Shown: positions 51,101-64,000 of the stretch, piece by piece
Position numbering within the stretch: the first letter of the stretch is position 1
How the letters are laid out: each line of letters begins with the position of its first letter
The notes under the pieces: generated by a model
What the model saw: only the letters and a program-made list of their open reading frames with translations
Databases searched by the model: none
Told to the model about the DNA's origin: nothing
Made by a program: the position numbers and the translations under genes
Assembly (NCBI GenBank): GCA_047967505.1
Contig: CM106538.1
Direction: 5' to 3' (one strand)
Origin: Dipteris shenzhenensis
Taxonomy: Eukaryota
Length of the DNA stretch: 64,000 bases

Positions 51101-53646
51101 ATGTATACAGGCCAAAAACCAGATATTTCTCACTTGAAGGTATTTGGTTGCATAGCTTATGTTCATGTTCCTGATGAGAAGAGAACAAAGCTGGATCCAA
51201 AGGTAGAAAAATGCATCTTTATTGGATATGCTCTGCACCAGAAAGGGTATCGCTGTTATAACCCTTCCACCCGCAAAATGCAAGTGAGCAGAGATGTTGT
51301 TTTTTATGAAATGAGCAGCTGGTATGCACCAACTGTTATGGTAGGAGATGCAAATGCAGGAAATGGGAATGCTGCAATAAATGCAGAGCAGCAATCTCAA
51401 GCCTTGAGTGGACCCAGAGAGTCCTCTACTAGTGGATCTAATGCATGGACAGGGAGATTGAGATCTAGTGAATCGTCACATGGCAGCCCTGATAGTGTTG
51501 TGCAGGTATCACATAAGGGAAAAGAAAAAGTAGACCATGCTCCAGTGTGTTTGATGTGTCTGCTGGTAGCTCTCATGTTGATGGAGAGTCAAGCGGCTCT
51601 GAAATGAGCCTTGATGAGGAACTTGGGATTCCTTCTATTGTTACACCTGGTGCAAGGAAAAGCAGGCATGATTTAAAGACTCCTGCAACTGATCCAGTTG
51701 TACGGAGGTCTACTCGTATTAAGTATCCAGTTGACAGGCTGAGATATGATGGGTATACAGCACATCACTATGCTTATATGGTCAAGGTTCTAGAGGAGCC
51801 AGAGCCCACATGTTTTGAGGATGCAGCAGGGCATAAAAATTTGGAAGCAGCTATGGATGAAGAGATGGCTACCTTGGATGCAAACCACACTTGGGATTTG
51901 ATGCCTTTGCCTCATGATAAGAAGGCTATTGGCTGCAAGTGGGTTTACAAAGTAAAGCACAATGCTGATGGGTCTGTTAGCAGGTACAAGGCAAGATTGG
52001 TTGCCAAAGGTTTTGCGCAGACATATGGAATTGACTATGAGGAAACTTTCAGCCTAGTTGCAAGGATGGCAACCGTGAGAGCAGTAATTGCTATGGCTGC
52101 TGCAAAGGGATGGTCTTTGCATCAGATGGATGTGAAAAATGCCTTCTTGCATGGTGATTTGCAGGAAGAGGTTTATATGATGCAGCCAGAAGGTTATGAG
52201 GATAATTCACACCCTGATTTTGTATGCAGGTTGCGCAAAGCCTTGTATGGCTTAAAACAGGCGCCGAGGGCATGGTCAGACAAGATAGAGCAATATCTTG
52301 TCACTATTGGATTTCAGATTTCCAATTCAGATTTTTCACTTTATGTGAAAAGGACAAATAGAGGGATTGTGCTTATAGTCATCTATGTTGATGACTTGAT
52401 TATTACAGGTGATAGTGATGCAGACATTAATGAAGTGAAGCTGCTGTTGAAGTAGAAATTTGAGATGAAGGATTTGGGAGAGCTGCGTTACTTCTTGGAC
52501 ATTGAGGTTATTAGATCCCCGAGTGGGATATGGCTGTTGCAAAGGCAATACGGTTTGGACATGCTGTCCAAATATGGGATGACAGGTTGTAAGCCTATTT
52601 CTGTTCCATTGGAGCAGAATGTGAAGCTCAATGCAGAGACAGGTGAGCTTCTTGAAGATATTACTATGTACAGGCGCATAGTAGGTAGCTTGATTTACAT
52701 GACTATAGCCAGACCAGATTTGAGCTATGCTGTGGGGCTGGTAAGTCAGTTTATGCAGGCACCGAGGAAGCCACATTTGGATGCGGCTAGGCGCATACTG
52801 CGGTATGTGAAGTCCACATTGCATTATGGACTGTTTTATGAAGCTGGGTGTGCATTACAGGTACATGGATACACAGATGCTGATTGGGCTGGTAGTGTCT
52901 TAGACAGGAGATCTACTAGTGGTTTTATGTTTTCCCTTGGGAGTGGTGCCATCAGTTGGAGCAGCAAGAAGCAGCCAACAGTTGCCTTGTCGAGTACAGA
53001 GGCTGAGTACAGGGGTGCAGCAATGGCTGCATGTGAGGTAGCTTGGTTACGGAAGCTACTTGCAGATATGGGACAGTCAATTCATGCAGCAGTTGTCATT
53101 CATTGTGACAACATTAGCAGCATCATGCTTGCTAATAACCCAGTTTATCATGCTAGAACGAAGCACATTGAGGTGCATTATCACTTTGTGAGAGAGAAGG
53201 TTCTAGCTGGTGAGATTGATCTTGTCTATGTCAGCACTGAGGAGCAGGTGGCTGATATTTTTACGAAGGCATTGGGTACCGAGAAGCTTCGCAGATTTAG
53301 GAGCTTGCTTGGTGTACGTGAGATGGATTTGAGCTTGAGGGGGAGTGTTGAGATATCAAGCTCTACCCCCGATATATCTCTTGGATGACTATCATTTATG
53401 TCACCGCCTATGTTAGTTGTACTCGTGGTGTAGTTAGACTACCACGTATGTTTTTGGTTTGGGTTCACATATGAACCACGTATTCTAGGGTTTGACATAT
53501 AGGGTATTTCCCTCTTCTATTGTATTGTTGTTGTTGTGTGCAAAAGTGAAGAAAGGCTTCACCCTCCAACCTTGTGTCCTCTCTCTTTTGTGTGTTGTGA
53601 AGAAAGCTGAACTTGAGTCTCCTATCTCTCTCCCTTATTCTTTACA
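48168..53646 (+). mobile_element. Full-length Ty1/Copia element (related to family A), 5479 bp, TSD GGGTA
   Basis: 301-bp LTRs at 48168-48468 and 53346-53646 with 2 mismatches; PBS TGGTATCAGAGC 48469-48480; PPT ending 53345; GGGTA at 48163-48167 and 53647-53651. Confidence 0.98.
49031..53388 (+). pseudogene. Copia gag-pol (gag, PR, IN, RT, RNase H) with two lesions
   Basis: All domains present in Copia order; frameshift in the gtgtgt run at ~51544-51550 and TAG at 52453-52455 (CAG in A1). Confidence 0.93.
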
Positions 53647-56600
53647 GGGTAGAGAAAGCTAGCACTGACATCATACTAGACTAGCAAAACTCGCAAATGC
53701 GGGAGATGGGGCTAGCAAAAGCAGTTGACAAAAGTGGATCTATAGATGGCCTTACACAACTAACAGCAAGAGCTTGCTTGTAGAGAATAGACCATGCAAT
53801 AAAGGATGAAAATATTAGCACTAATGTGGACTACATGCAAGGGGATTAGACTAGCAGTAGATCACATTGTGATGCAAGTGGACACACCATGGAACATATT
53901 GGTGCAGGCAACATGTGACAAAAAAAATGTATGGACAAATCAAGGGGGGGAAATGAGGCCCTTGAAGGCCCCTTCTCAAGTCTTATTCTCACATAAAAGG
54001 CATGACCCCAAAAGTCCTCAAAGAAGTTAATGTGGACTTATGCCAACTAGTAGAACATGCAACCAAGGAAGCTTTGCACAGGAATGAAGATGTGAAAAAA
54101 CCATGAAGTTGCATGCCATGGAACGTGTAGTCAATGATCAAAACGTTTAACCCAAAAATCACAAAGGGAGCATGTGAGTATAAAAATCAATAGTAGTTAG
54201 AACCTAACTCATGGTTGAGGGGGTTCTGTTCAAATGTGCATAATTGCGAGTGCATGAAGGTGCAAGAAGAGAGAGGACTAAATGGAGTTCTCAACTTGTA
54301 ATAATATGTTGCAAATGTTTTTAAGGCCTCAATCCCACATACAAAGTGGATAGCCTAATGCAAAGGCATATAAGGCTTAGATGGAAGAGACTTCAAATAC
54401 CTTGGATCCACTTTTTGGGATGAGGCTCCTAGAAATGGCTAAATGGTTGAGGGTTGGAGCACCCTTTGTATACAGACCCACCAGATAAAACCATTTGTTG
54501 AAATGCCAATAGAAGGATGGGCTAAATGTATGGCAGGGATGGGAGGGGGGAGAGGGGTATGGAGACATGGCTAAAAGGGGGAAGAAAAGAGGGGTGAAAG
54601 AGGGGAAGGGGGTTGTCTAAAAGGGAGAAAAGAGGGGAAAGGGGTCCAATAAAGGGAGAAAGAAGGGAGAGAAAATAGGGGACACAGATGATAGAAAAAG
54701 TGAGAGACGGAGAGAGAGAGGAGTGCACATGATATAGCTAGTTGTACACTAAATTGCATTAAACATGAACATGAAGATATACATGTGAACCCCTTAGGTT
54801 AGGGTAAGGGTTTGCCCCTAATTCCCTAGAGGTATGGTGCAATTTACACCATCCTCAAGACCCCTCTAGAATTACATTGGGTAAGTAGAGGGTGCATGTA
54901 CAAGATTTTTTTGTGTTTGGTTTGGTGCAGATGATAGCATCCAAATCTAGAAAAGAAAACTGAAAAGAAATCAGAGTAGTATGCGCATATGTGAGCACGG
55001 TGACTACATATCAGAAGCATGTACAATGAGTATAACTTATGTGGTCCTATACAAGTTGTGCATTTCCCCCTCTTAACTTGTGGGTCATCCTTCGCCTTTG
55101 GGAAGAAAGCCCAAAAAATAAGTTGAAGCGAAGAGGAAGGAAGTATGTATTAAGTAAACTCCACCTAGATCAAACACTGGTCGATCAAAAGTTGATGGTG
55201 TGAAGAATAGTGTGTATGGCTGCGTTCTAAACATGTCATTGGATAACATGTCATAAGTCACCATGGACTGTGCAGCTGCTCTCTAGAAGAGGCATCTAGA
55301 TGTGAGGCTTGTCGATGTAGTGATGAAGAATAAATCCGGTAGGTTGTGACATAAGAGGGTTTCATCAACCCAAAAAAGCTGATAGCAATGTCAGATGTAT
55401 GCTGCAGTAGTGTGATTTCTATGATGCAATATAATAAAATACTACATAATCGATGTGGACAGAGTGATAAAGGGGCTGCATAAAAGTTGGGACCAAAGGA
55501 TTAGGTGTGATACACTGTTATTTGAGATTTTTTTCGTACGTTTTTTTAAAGAAAAAAAAGTATTTTTTGATTTTAAAATGCTTGTGGACATTTAAAATGC
55601 AAAAAATGCATTTTTAATAACCGGTCAACATACACTAGTTGATTGGCTAAATACCACTCGATGTATCACAACACCGTGCCGTATTAGGTTGAATATACTA
55701 CACAGTGTAATATAACACCGCACTATGAATAAAACATTGATTAGTATCAAATACACCGATTGGTGAACCCCTACATCGCGCGGTGTATTGGGATTACACC
55801 GTGTTGAAGGCATAGCTGCCAAAACATAATATACAAGAAGCATACTACCTTTTGCAAGATTTCCTCTTTGATCTTTTTATATCTTGTGATAGTTTTGTAG
55901 TTCGATTACTTTTTGACTATACTCTAACTATGGGAACCTTGTTGTCAGGAGTGGAGATGTGTTTGTGTTTTTCACTTATCTGAAGACACTTTGAACACTA
56001 TTGGTGATCCTATTAGCATTCCTACCTAGAATTGCCAGTTTTTTCTCATAGCACAACAAGTGACACTAAAGAATACCACATGAAACAACAACAGAGAAAC
56101 ATACAAACATCAACTCCAAAAACAACAAAGCTCCCAACTGCATCGTAGGATCACACCTACATGCACAAAGCTGGTGACTATGCCAAGGATTACAAATGAC
56201 ATCATAAACCGCATACGGTAGCAATTGTCGAAAAAAATACAAAATTCTATCCTAGTGAATACACTAGTAGAGGAGGATCTCACAATGCTACTTTAACAAT
56301 ACGTGCACATCCATACTGAAAAGAAATACTTCGCCAAAGCAAGCTTTTACAAGGCTCCATATAGTTGTCATTAAGCAGCAACTACAGGAGCAATCGTTTG
56401 AATCTAGAAAGGCTTAAAGCTTCAAGCCGCAACTCATAAAGAAAGACCCCAACAAATGCAACAACAAAAATAGCTGACAGTCAGACTCCTATTGGAATAG
56501 TGACACATAGCAACATCAACAAGACATTGAAACAAGCATAGTACATCAAGGTCGGCAACAAAGATCACAACACCGACATTACAATTTTCACTGTGAAAGT

Positions 56601-56669
56601 AGCATGCAAAGCTTAGCTGATAGCAGCACTCGATAAGCTACTGTAATCCCACCTCTCTCCTTTTCCTTT

Positions 56670-59600
56670 CATGGAACGACTTTCCCATGTTGGATAGCTT
56701 TGGAGAGGAAACGTTGCCTCACCATATTGCTATTGCATATTTTATAAGAAATAGAGCTCGGGTAGAGGCTGCTTCCCAAACAGATGATCTAGAGGATATC
56801 TTTCATGACCCTAATTATATCCCTAGTGGGACAAGTTCCCTCGAGGGGGTCACTATGTATAAACCCTCTATATCACGTGCGTTCAAGGCCTATATTTAAA
56901 GTCCCTTATCTGTAAAAAAATTTCATTAATAAAATGTACCCCTTTTCTATACAAATCTGTAAATTTTTTCCAAAACTATTTTAAATAGTCCCTTATGTAT
57001 ATTTATTTCTGTAAATTTTAGAAATAAAAAAAATCCTTCTGTTGAACTCACGTGATAGGGTTACATATGATGAGTGACCCCCCTGAGCAAGTTCCTCTGA
57101 TAATTCCCTACATAGCCAAGAGGTGCACGATGCAAAAACTGAGCTAGAAAGATTAATGCTATCCACTCCAACATAGGAATTATTACAAAGAACACTTGCC
57201 ACTAATATTGCAGTGATCTCCTTGTGACTGCAAGGAAGCAACTGAATTTCAACCCCCTCCCACCAAAGAAGAAGAAAAAGAAGCCCATCAAAGTTCAAGT
57301 TCAAGTTCACGCTCAGCAAAAAATGCAGAATCCATTGGTCAAAGTTGCAAAGTTTACTGGCAAAAAAGGTCAAGACCCTGATAGCCATGTTGGGCAATTT
57401 GAGACAAGGTGGACAGCTAGTGGATTTGGACAATTTCCAGATGATACCAAGAAGGAGCAATATGCTGCAACGTTCAATGTTAAAGCAACAATGAATTGGT
57501 TTATGCAATATGGTATTGCACATTCACACTTATGATGCATTAAAAATTTCTTTCTTAATTCATTTTAGGAAAGAGAAAACACCAGAGGACATCTTGAAAA
57601 AGTTGAGAACAATGAAACAAAAAGACCTCGGACTATTCACAAATGATTAGAAAACTCAACAGAAGGCTCATAGCAAATCAAAGACCTACCTAGGAGCAAC
57701 TAGGAGACTATTTTTGCAAAGGATTAGACAAGGAGTTGAGAACTGCAGTAGCTGCCAACGACCAGCTTGGAGGAGCAAATGATTTTAACAATATGGTGGA
57801 AGATGTAGAGCGAGTAGAGAGAATACTTTGGTATAACATAAAAATCCAAGAAGACAAAGAAGAGACGACATTTAGATTCAGAAACAGACTCAGAGACACA
57901 CACAGATAGTGAAGCAGAAGAAGATACTAAAGATGAGGAAGAAGACTCATCAGAAAATGACGAGGATGATGAGGAATACTCCAAGAAAAAGAAAAAAGAG
58001 AAAAGCAAAAGCTGAAAGAAAAATCCACAGCAAAAAAGACAATAGACAAAATCTCCAAGTTGAGAAGATGATTAGAGACCGGTTGCAAAGCTTAAAGCCA
58101 CCTCACAACAACAAAAGGTTCCATGTAAATTTTGCAAAAAGGACAATCATGACAAAGAAATATGCTGGTACAACCTCAATTATAGAGGCAGAGTACCACC
58201 TTACATTCAACAACAACAAAATCAAGCACTAGCAATACCTGCTAATCAAATAGTAGTGGCAGGACCACCACAACAAAGGTATCAAAATGCAGCTCCAAGA
58301 AGACTGTATCAACAACCATGGGGGAACATGCAGCAAAGGCAAATTAAAGACCAAGCTTGCACCTAATGTGGTATGGATGGCCATAGGTAAGGTCCACCAT
58401 GTGATCTTTGGTGCAAGCATAGGGAAGAAACAGGTATACCCATTGTTCAATATGATGGAAGGAACAATCAAAATCATCCAACAACAACAATAGCCTCCTC
58501 CAAGAGTACATATGGTCTATCTAGATCCCATCCATCAGGAGTACAACTACAACAATCAATGCAATCAAAGAAATGTTCAAGCTTTGGCAGTTACAAGATC
58601 AAAGAATACAAACCCATTACCAGGGCTAGGAGATGCCCCAAGCGAAACAGCTAGGCCAATGAACTGGCCAAATCAAACCGAGACAAGGAACAAACCATTG
58701 CAACAAGTGCTATAGAACAACGCATCACAAGATTTTAGAAAAGAACACTGGAATAACAAAGACAAAGGGATAATGCAGTACCAACAGATCCGACTGCAGT
58801 CTCCCTACCCAACAACAACACAAAAATCATGCTATAAATTTACAATGCAGTAGCAATAGTTTCCAGGGGAGAGCCAACATCCACAGAGTATTTACTCAAG
58901 TCAAAGTGCAACTCCAAAACAAAAAACGAACTCTCAAGTTAGAATAGCGTCAGAGTTCCCAGAATTAGAGAATATACTTGCACAGATAGAACCACAGACT
59001 TTGATACATGCCAAAAGAACTCCAAGAAGTAAGGATACTATGACAAGAGACCAAGAGATGCACAAGACACGAGCATGCAGAATGAGGACAACATTCTTCC
59101 AAGAGTTAATGGACTCCAAGGTACAAATTACTCTTGATCAGCTACTAAACTTGGTTCCAGCTTTCAAACATCAAATTTGTTAGAGATTGCATCCAGAAGA
59201 GTCACATCCAACAAAAGCTCAACAACCAAGTAATGATGAAGAGGAAATTCTAGATATTTACACATCAATAGTTGAAGATGTGGACTACCAATACCACTCA
59301 TTGATGTAGACTACAAAAGGTAGAGAATCCCATAAGTTTTGGTTGATGGAGGCTCATGTGTCAATATCCTTTTAGAAGATTTATTCAAAAAATTATGTTG
59401 CAAACAATGAATTGGTTCCAGCACCATTCTAGGTGAGGATGGCTGACCAAAGGAGAATTCAACCCCTTGGGATATTGAGAGCGCAAGAGATTACAATCAT
59501 GGGACTATCATTCATAGTCACATTTGTAGTGCTCCAAATGGAGGACAAGGATTCTGCTTACTCAATGCTATTGGTGGTGGGTAGAAGAGCTGCCAAGGTT

Positions 59601-59907
59601 AAGCAAGACTAGGGATTAGAGAGAATCACTATCAAGAAGGGGAAAAAGAAAATCAAAATCAACCTATCCTCTAGATGGTGTTTTCCAAGAAAAACACAGC
59701 CACTGCAAGTAGAGGGAATCAATATGATTCCAAATTTTGATGAAGATGAAGAAGTCTGTCGGATCAGGTTTTCACAGAAAAAAATACAACAAAGGCTACT
59801 GATGCAAACATACAGGATACACCAGACGATATCACTTCTAAATCAGTAGAGAAAGCACTTATAAAGGCAGAAATACAATTTGAAGAACATATGCAAAAAA
59901 GTGCCAC
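56670..59907 (+). mobile_element. Degenerate Ty3/Gypsy gag-protease region
   Basis: Gag KFTGKKGQDPDSHVGQFE...NWF; knuckle CKFCKKDNHDKEIC (~58125); protease VLVDGGSCVNIL (~59335-59375) and YSMLL. Many stops; truncated by Copia A2; LTR not delimited. Confidence 0.8.
56840..57087. mobile_element. MITE, 248 bp, perfect 8-bp TSD
   Basis: TIRs CTCGAGGGGGTCACT / AGTGACCCCCCTGAG; CAAGTTCC at 56832-56839 and 57088-57095; removal gives a continuous reading (GTSS-SDN) of the host sequence. Confidence 0.93.
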
Positions 59908-62900
59908 AATCTGCCTTGGAGATCTGAAAGCCAATAGTGACAAGATACTATCCTATCTTGTTAGACCATGCTCTGGGTGCTTGCTTCAAGCCATACAAGG
60001 CCTTCTTCAACCTATAAACAAACTCAGGATGAACAACATGAACATAACCTGGTGGCTGCTCCATATAGACCTCTTCTTGCAAATCACCATGCAAGAAAGC
60101 ATTCTTTACATCCATCTAATGCAAAGACCATCCCTTTGATGCAGCCATAGCAATGACTGCTCTTACGGCTGCCATCCTTGCAACTTGACTGAATGTTTCT
60201 TCATAATCAATGCCATATGTCTGTGCATACCCCTTGACAACTAATGTTGCCTTGTATCTGTTCACAGAACCATCTGCATTGTGCTTCACCTTATAAACCC
60301 ACTTGCAGCCAATTGCATTCTTGTCTTTAGGCAAAGGCACCAGTTCCCATGTAGCATTGCTTCCAAGGCATCCATTTTTTCATCCATGGCTTTCTCCCAT
60401 TTTTCTTTTCCCATGGCTTGCTCAAAAGAAGTGGGTTCTATTTCATGTATCACTTTGACCATCATAGGCATAATGAATGGCTGTAAATCCATCATATTTC
60501 AGCCTATCCACAGGATACCTAGTTCTGGTAGACCTACACAAAATAGGCTCACTACCAAGTGCTCTCAAAACATCCCTTGTCTTCTATACTCCAGGTATAA
60601 CAATAGAAGGAATACCCAACTCATCATCAAGGCTCTGTTCTGAGCCACTAGATTCACCATCCACATAAGAGTGACCGCATTCACATCAACCATGGGCTGA
60701 TCTACTTTCTCTTTTCCTTTTCATGATACTTGCATACCACTATCTGCATTGCTTTGAGGAGATCCTCCCGATCTCAATCTGCTTGTCCATGGCAAAGTAT
60801 GTGAACCACTGCTAGAGGACACTATAGGGGCCACTAATATTTTGTGATTGTTGCTATGAATTTTGTGCAGCATTACCATTTTGTGCATCTACATCATCAA
60901 TCACATTTACTGGTTTATACCAGCTGCTCATCTCATCAAAGATAGCATCTCTGCTCACTGTAAACTTACAAGTAGAAGGGTTATAGCATCTATACCCTTT
61001 CTACTATAGAGAATAACCAATAAAGATGCACTTCTCAACTTTTGGATCATACTTGGATCTCAACTCATCTAGCACATGAACATAGGCAATGCAACCAAAA
61101 ACTTTCAAATGAGAAATATCTGGTTTCCTACTAGTATACCTCTCCTCTGGAGTCATGCCATGTATTGCTGCAGTCGGAGTCCTGTTCATTATGTAGACTG
61201 TTGTAGCACTTGCTTCAGCCCAATAATAATATGGTAGGTCTTTTTTCGTTGAGCATGGCACGAGATACCTCTCCAATATGCCGGTTTTTCCTTTCTGCAA
61301 GTCCATTTTGCTTTGGGGTATGCCTGCAAGAAACCTGCAAAATCATTTGAGAGGTACTCTTGCCCTCCATCTGACCTTAGGCATTTTATTTGCAGGGCCC
61401 TGTTTCTTTTTCAACCATAGCTTTAAAAGCTTTGAAATGCCCAAACATTCACTTTTATTTTTCATAAAATACACCCAAACTTTTCTGCTGTAGTCATCAA
61501 TAAAAGTGAGAAAATAATGGCAGCCTCTAATAGATGCAGCTTTAGTAGTCCACACATCATAGTGGATTAATTCCAATGGCCTCTTACTCTCTTAAACATG
61601 TCTACGAAATGGTTTCCTTGCCTATTTTCCAAATTGACAGGCTTCACATACCTTATGCATTTTTGCAACCTTAAACTTAGGCAATCCTGCAATAATATTT
61701 TGGGCCTGAATTAATTTAAGTCATTGTACATTAACATGAACAATGTGTTTATGTCAGATATCAATATCTACAACTACACCGGTCCCATGTGCAAACATTG
61801 CTGCACTCAATTCAGGCATGTCCACATCCAATGTAAACATCCCACCCTTCTTCTTTCCTTTTGCTATCAAGCAACCTTTATTTTTCATATCCTTAACAAA
61901 GCATCCATGAGGATTAAATCTGACCTACAAGCCTTGCTCAACCATTTGACCAATAGAAACCAAGTTCTTGGTGATATTTGGGACATGAAATACATCAAAC
62001 AGGTATTTCTTTTTTCCATCTTGCATAGATAAAGGAATTTTACCAATCTATATAATAGGATGTGCAGTATCATCACCAGTCTCCACAAATACTAGTCTTT
62101 CCATTTTCCTTGCATCCTGCATCCATTCTGCACGACCTGTCATGTGGTTTGACGCACCTGAGTCAACATACCACACATCATTGCTTTCTTCTGCACTTGT
62201 CACAAAATTGGTTATGTGCTACACCATAAATAGATGCTCATTTCTGTCATCACCCTGTCTACTAGAGGATGCATAATTGCCTTGCTGCAATTTTCCAATC
62301 ATGATGTCATTCTGCTTTTTATAGTAGTCTTTAGCCATATGAACCATTTTACCATAGCAGTAGCATTCAATATTGTTGTTTGCATTTTGGCCTCTCTGCC
62401 ATCCACCACGACCTCTTTGGCTCCCCTTGCCTCTAAAGTTACCACATCCTCCTCCATAGGACTAGTTTTCTTGAATTTGATGCATATTCTGATTTCTGCC
62501 ACGGCCTCCAAATTGGCCTGCTCTACCTCTACCTCTACCTCTTCCAGCATTTGAGTAGAAGATAGCTTCTTTTGAAGTTCCTCCTAAAGAAGATGCACCA
62601 CCATTTCTCTACTCTTCAAAAATTAGAAGAGCAATCAACTCCTCAAAATTAGGAAAATTCTCATGGACGGCAATGGATGTCTGGAATTGTGCATAATCCT
62701 TTCCTAGACCATTCAAGGTCATAGAAACTAAATCATCATCTTTCACTGGCCACCCAATAGAAGCAAGTACATCTGCAATCTTCTTCACCTTCATGTGGTA
62801 GTCATTGATGCTCATATTTTCTCTCTGCCCATTATGCAACTCCTACTTGAGCTGGATTTTCCTGGCTTGCGTATTTGTGCTATACATTTTTGTCAAAGTA

Positions 62901-64000
62901 TCCCATGCCTCCTTCAACATGCTTGCATCCTGAATATGCACAATCATAGAATCTAAAATATTGATAGACAGCCAGTACATAACTTTTCTGGCTCTCTCGT
63001 GCCAGCCTTTAAATGCCTACAACTCTTGTTGATTGGGAACATTAGGAATAACTGGTTCTTGTTCAGCTCCAGTAATGAACTCCCAATAGCCTTTTCCTTA
63101 AGGAAATTCGTCATTATAAACTTCCATGCTTGGAGGTTGATCTTGTCAAGCTTTTTAGTGACAATCTGTGAAAGAGCATCAGACGCCATTATAGAACACT
63201 GTAAAATATTCTATCACTGCAAAAAAACACAACTTCTGCCTCTCAAGAGCAAATCTGTAGAACTAATGAGAGTGGTATTTGACCACACAGTCACTTCGTA
63301 GTGATGATTATGAATCAATAGGCAATAAGAATGATTATTTCACTCCCAACATCTCTGTGCACAGGCATACGATGTAATTTCTATGATAACTTTTCACCGA
63401 CCTGTAGAATAGTGGTCGCACAGCAAAAATAGGGCACTTTCCTGAGTGCCTACGGAAAAACTTCCGCCAGCAAAACGGGCCATGAAATGGCTTTGAATCA
63501 AAAAAATAATTTCACCAAGGGCTCTGCCATATCTTGTAGCATATACTACCCTCTTGCCACACCGTGAACGGTGTCCCAATCTGAGATAGTGCACTCTTGC
63601 ACTTTGCGGCTGTGCTACCTATAGAGATTTGCTCCCAAACTCGAAAAAAAGGAAAGCAACACTGATCCTCTTACTAGGACACCGTGAACTGGGTTTGCTT
63701 TCTTGAGCTCCTTACCACAAACCGAGCTCTGATACCATGTGAAGAGAGTGGGAGAGAAGGAAGGAGTCTCACTTGCAGCTTTCTCACATACACAATGGGG
63801 GGAATATACACAAAGGTGGAGGCTGAAAACAATTTTCCTCTTCTTAGTTGTGAAAGCCAAAAGAACTCTAAGTACAAAAGAATAGGTGAACCCTATATGT
63901 GGGTCTCAAACCAAACTCAACTAACTAAGGTGGCATACTAACTGGGCCACTAACTAGAGTACATAAAGATAGCTTTCATCCAGCTATTATTCATGGGTGG
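59908..64000 (-). mobile_element. Ty1/Copia family A, copy A2 (3'-truncated within RT; 5' LTR runs off the window)
   Basis: LTR 64000-63738; PBS 63737-63726; gag ATG 63189; degenerate gag, PR, IN and RT closely similar to A1; homology stops at 59908. Confidence 0.93.

Larger units (their letters stand above)
47556..55091 (-). repeat. Repeat copy R2 (inverted homologue of R1), split by the Copia insertion at 48168-53646
   Basis: 47556-48167 and 53647-55091 join into a continuous match to 3528-5617. Confidence 0.85.

Noticed and set aside
55500-56010. 5' LTR and PBS of the Gypsy remnant
   Set aside because: A plausible ...TTGAACA end followed by TGGTGATCC exists near 55997, but there is no second LTR or clear start to confirm it.
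1-64000. Apparent mirror symmetry (A1/A2, R1/R2, B1/B2 each in inverted orientation) suggesting one giant inverted duplication
   Set aside because: Spacing and neighbours do not mirror, the copies have different truncations and divergence, and these look like high-copy families; independent insertions suffice.

Overview
Repeat-dense eukaryotic DNA from a land plant, probably a fern or other non-seed plant (inferred from the element families; not provable from sequence alone). It holds six Ty1/Copia LTR retrotransposon copies, only one of which (48168-53646) is structurally complete, plus a decayed Ty3/Gypsy gag-protease, a Penelope-like reverse transcriptase remnant and a PIF/Harbinger transposase pseudogene. 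A family of small TIR elements with C[T/C]CG...CAC termini makes 8-bp target-site duplications. Host-type sequence includes an NFXL1-like pseudogene and one apparently intact gene, an NPF/PTR (NPF7-like) transporter of 568 aa in 5 exons. Two observations stand out. First, a 24-kb segment (13713-37775) carrying the NPF gene is bounded by that TIR family's termini and a perfect 8-bp TSD, so it looks like a giant cargo-carrying insertion. Second, an intron-containing minus-strand pseudogene (43651-44566) aligns without gaps to the Zn-binding/catalytic C-terminal motif of RAG1/Transib transposases. All family assignments were made by eye from motifs; no database search was run.
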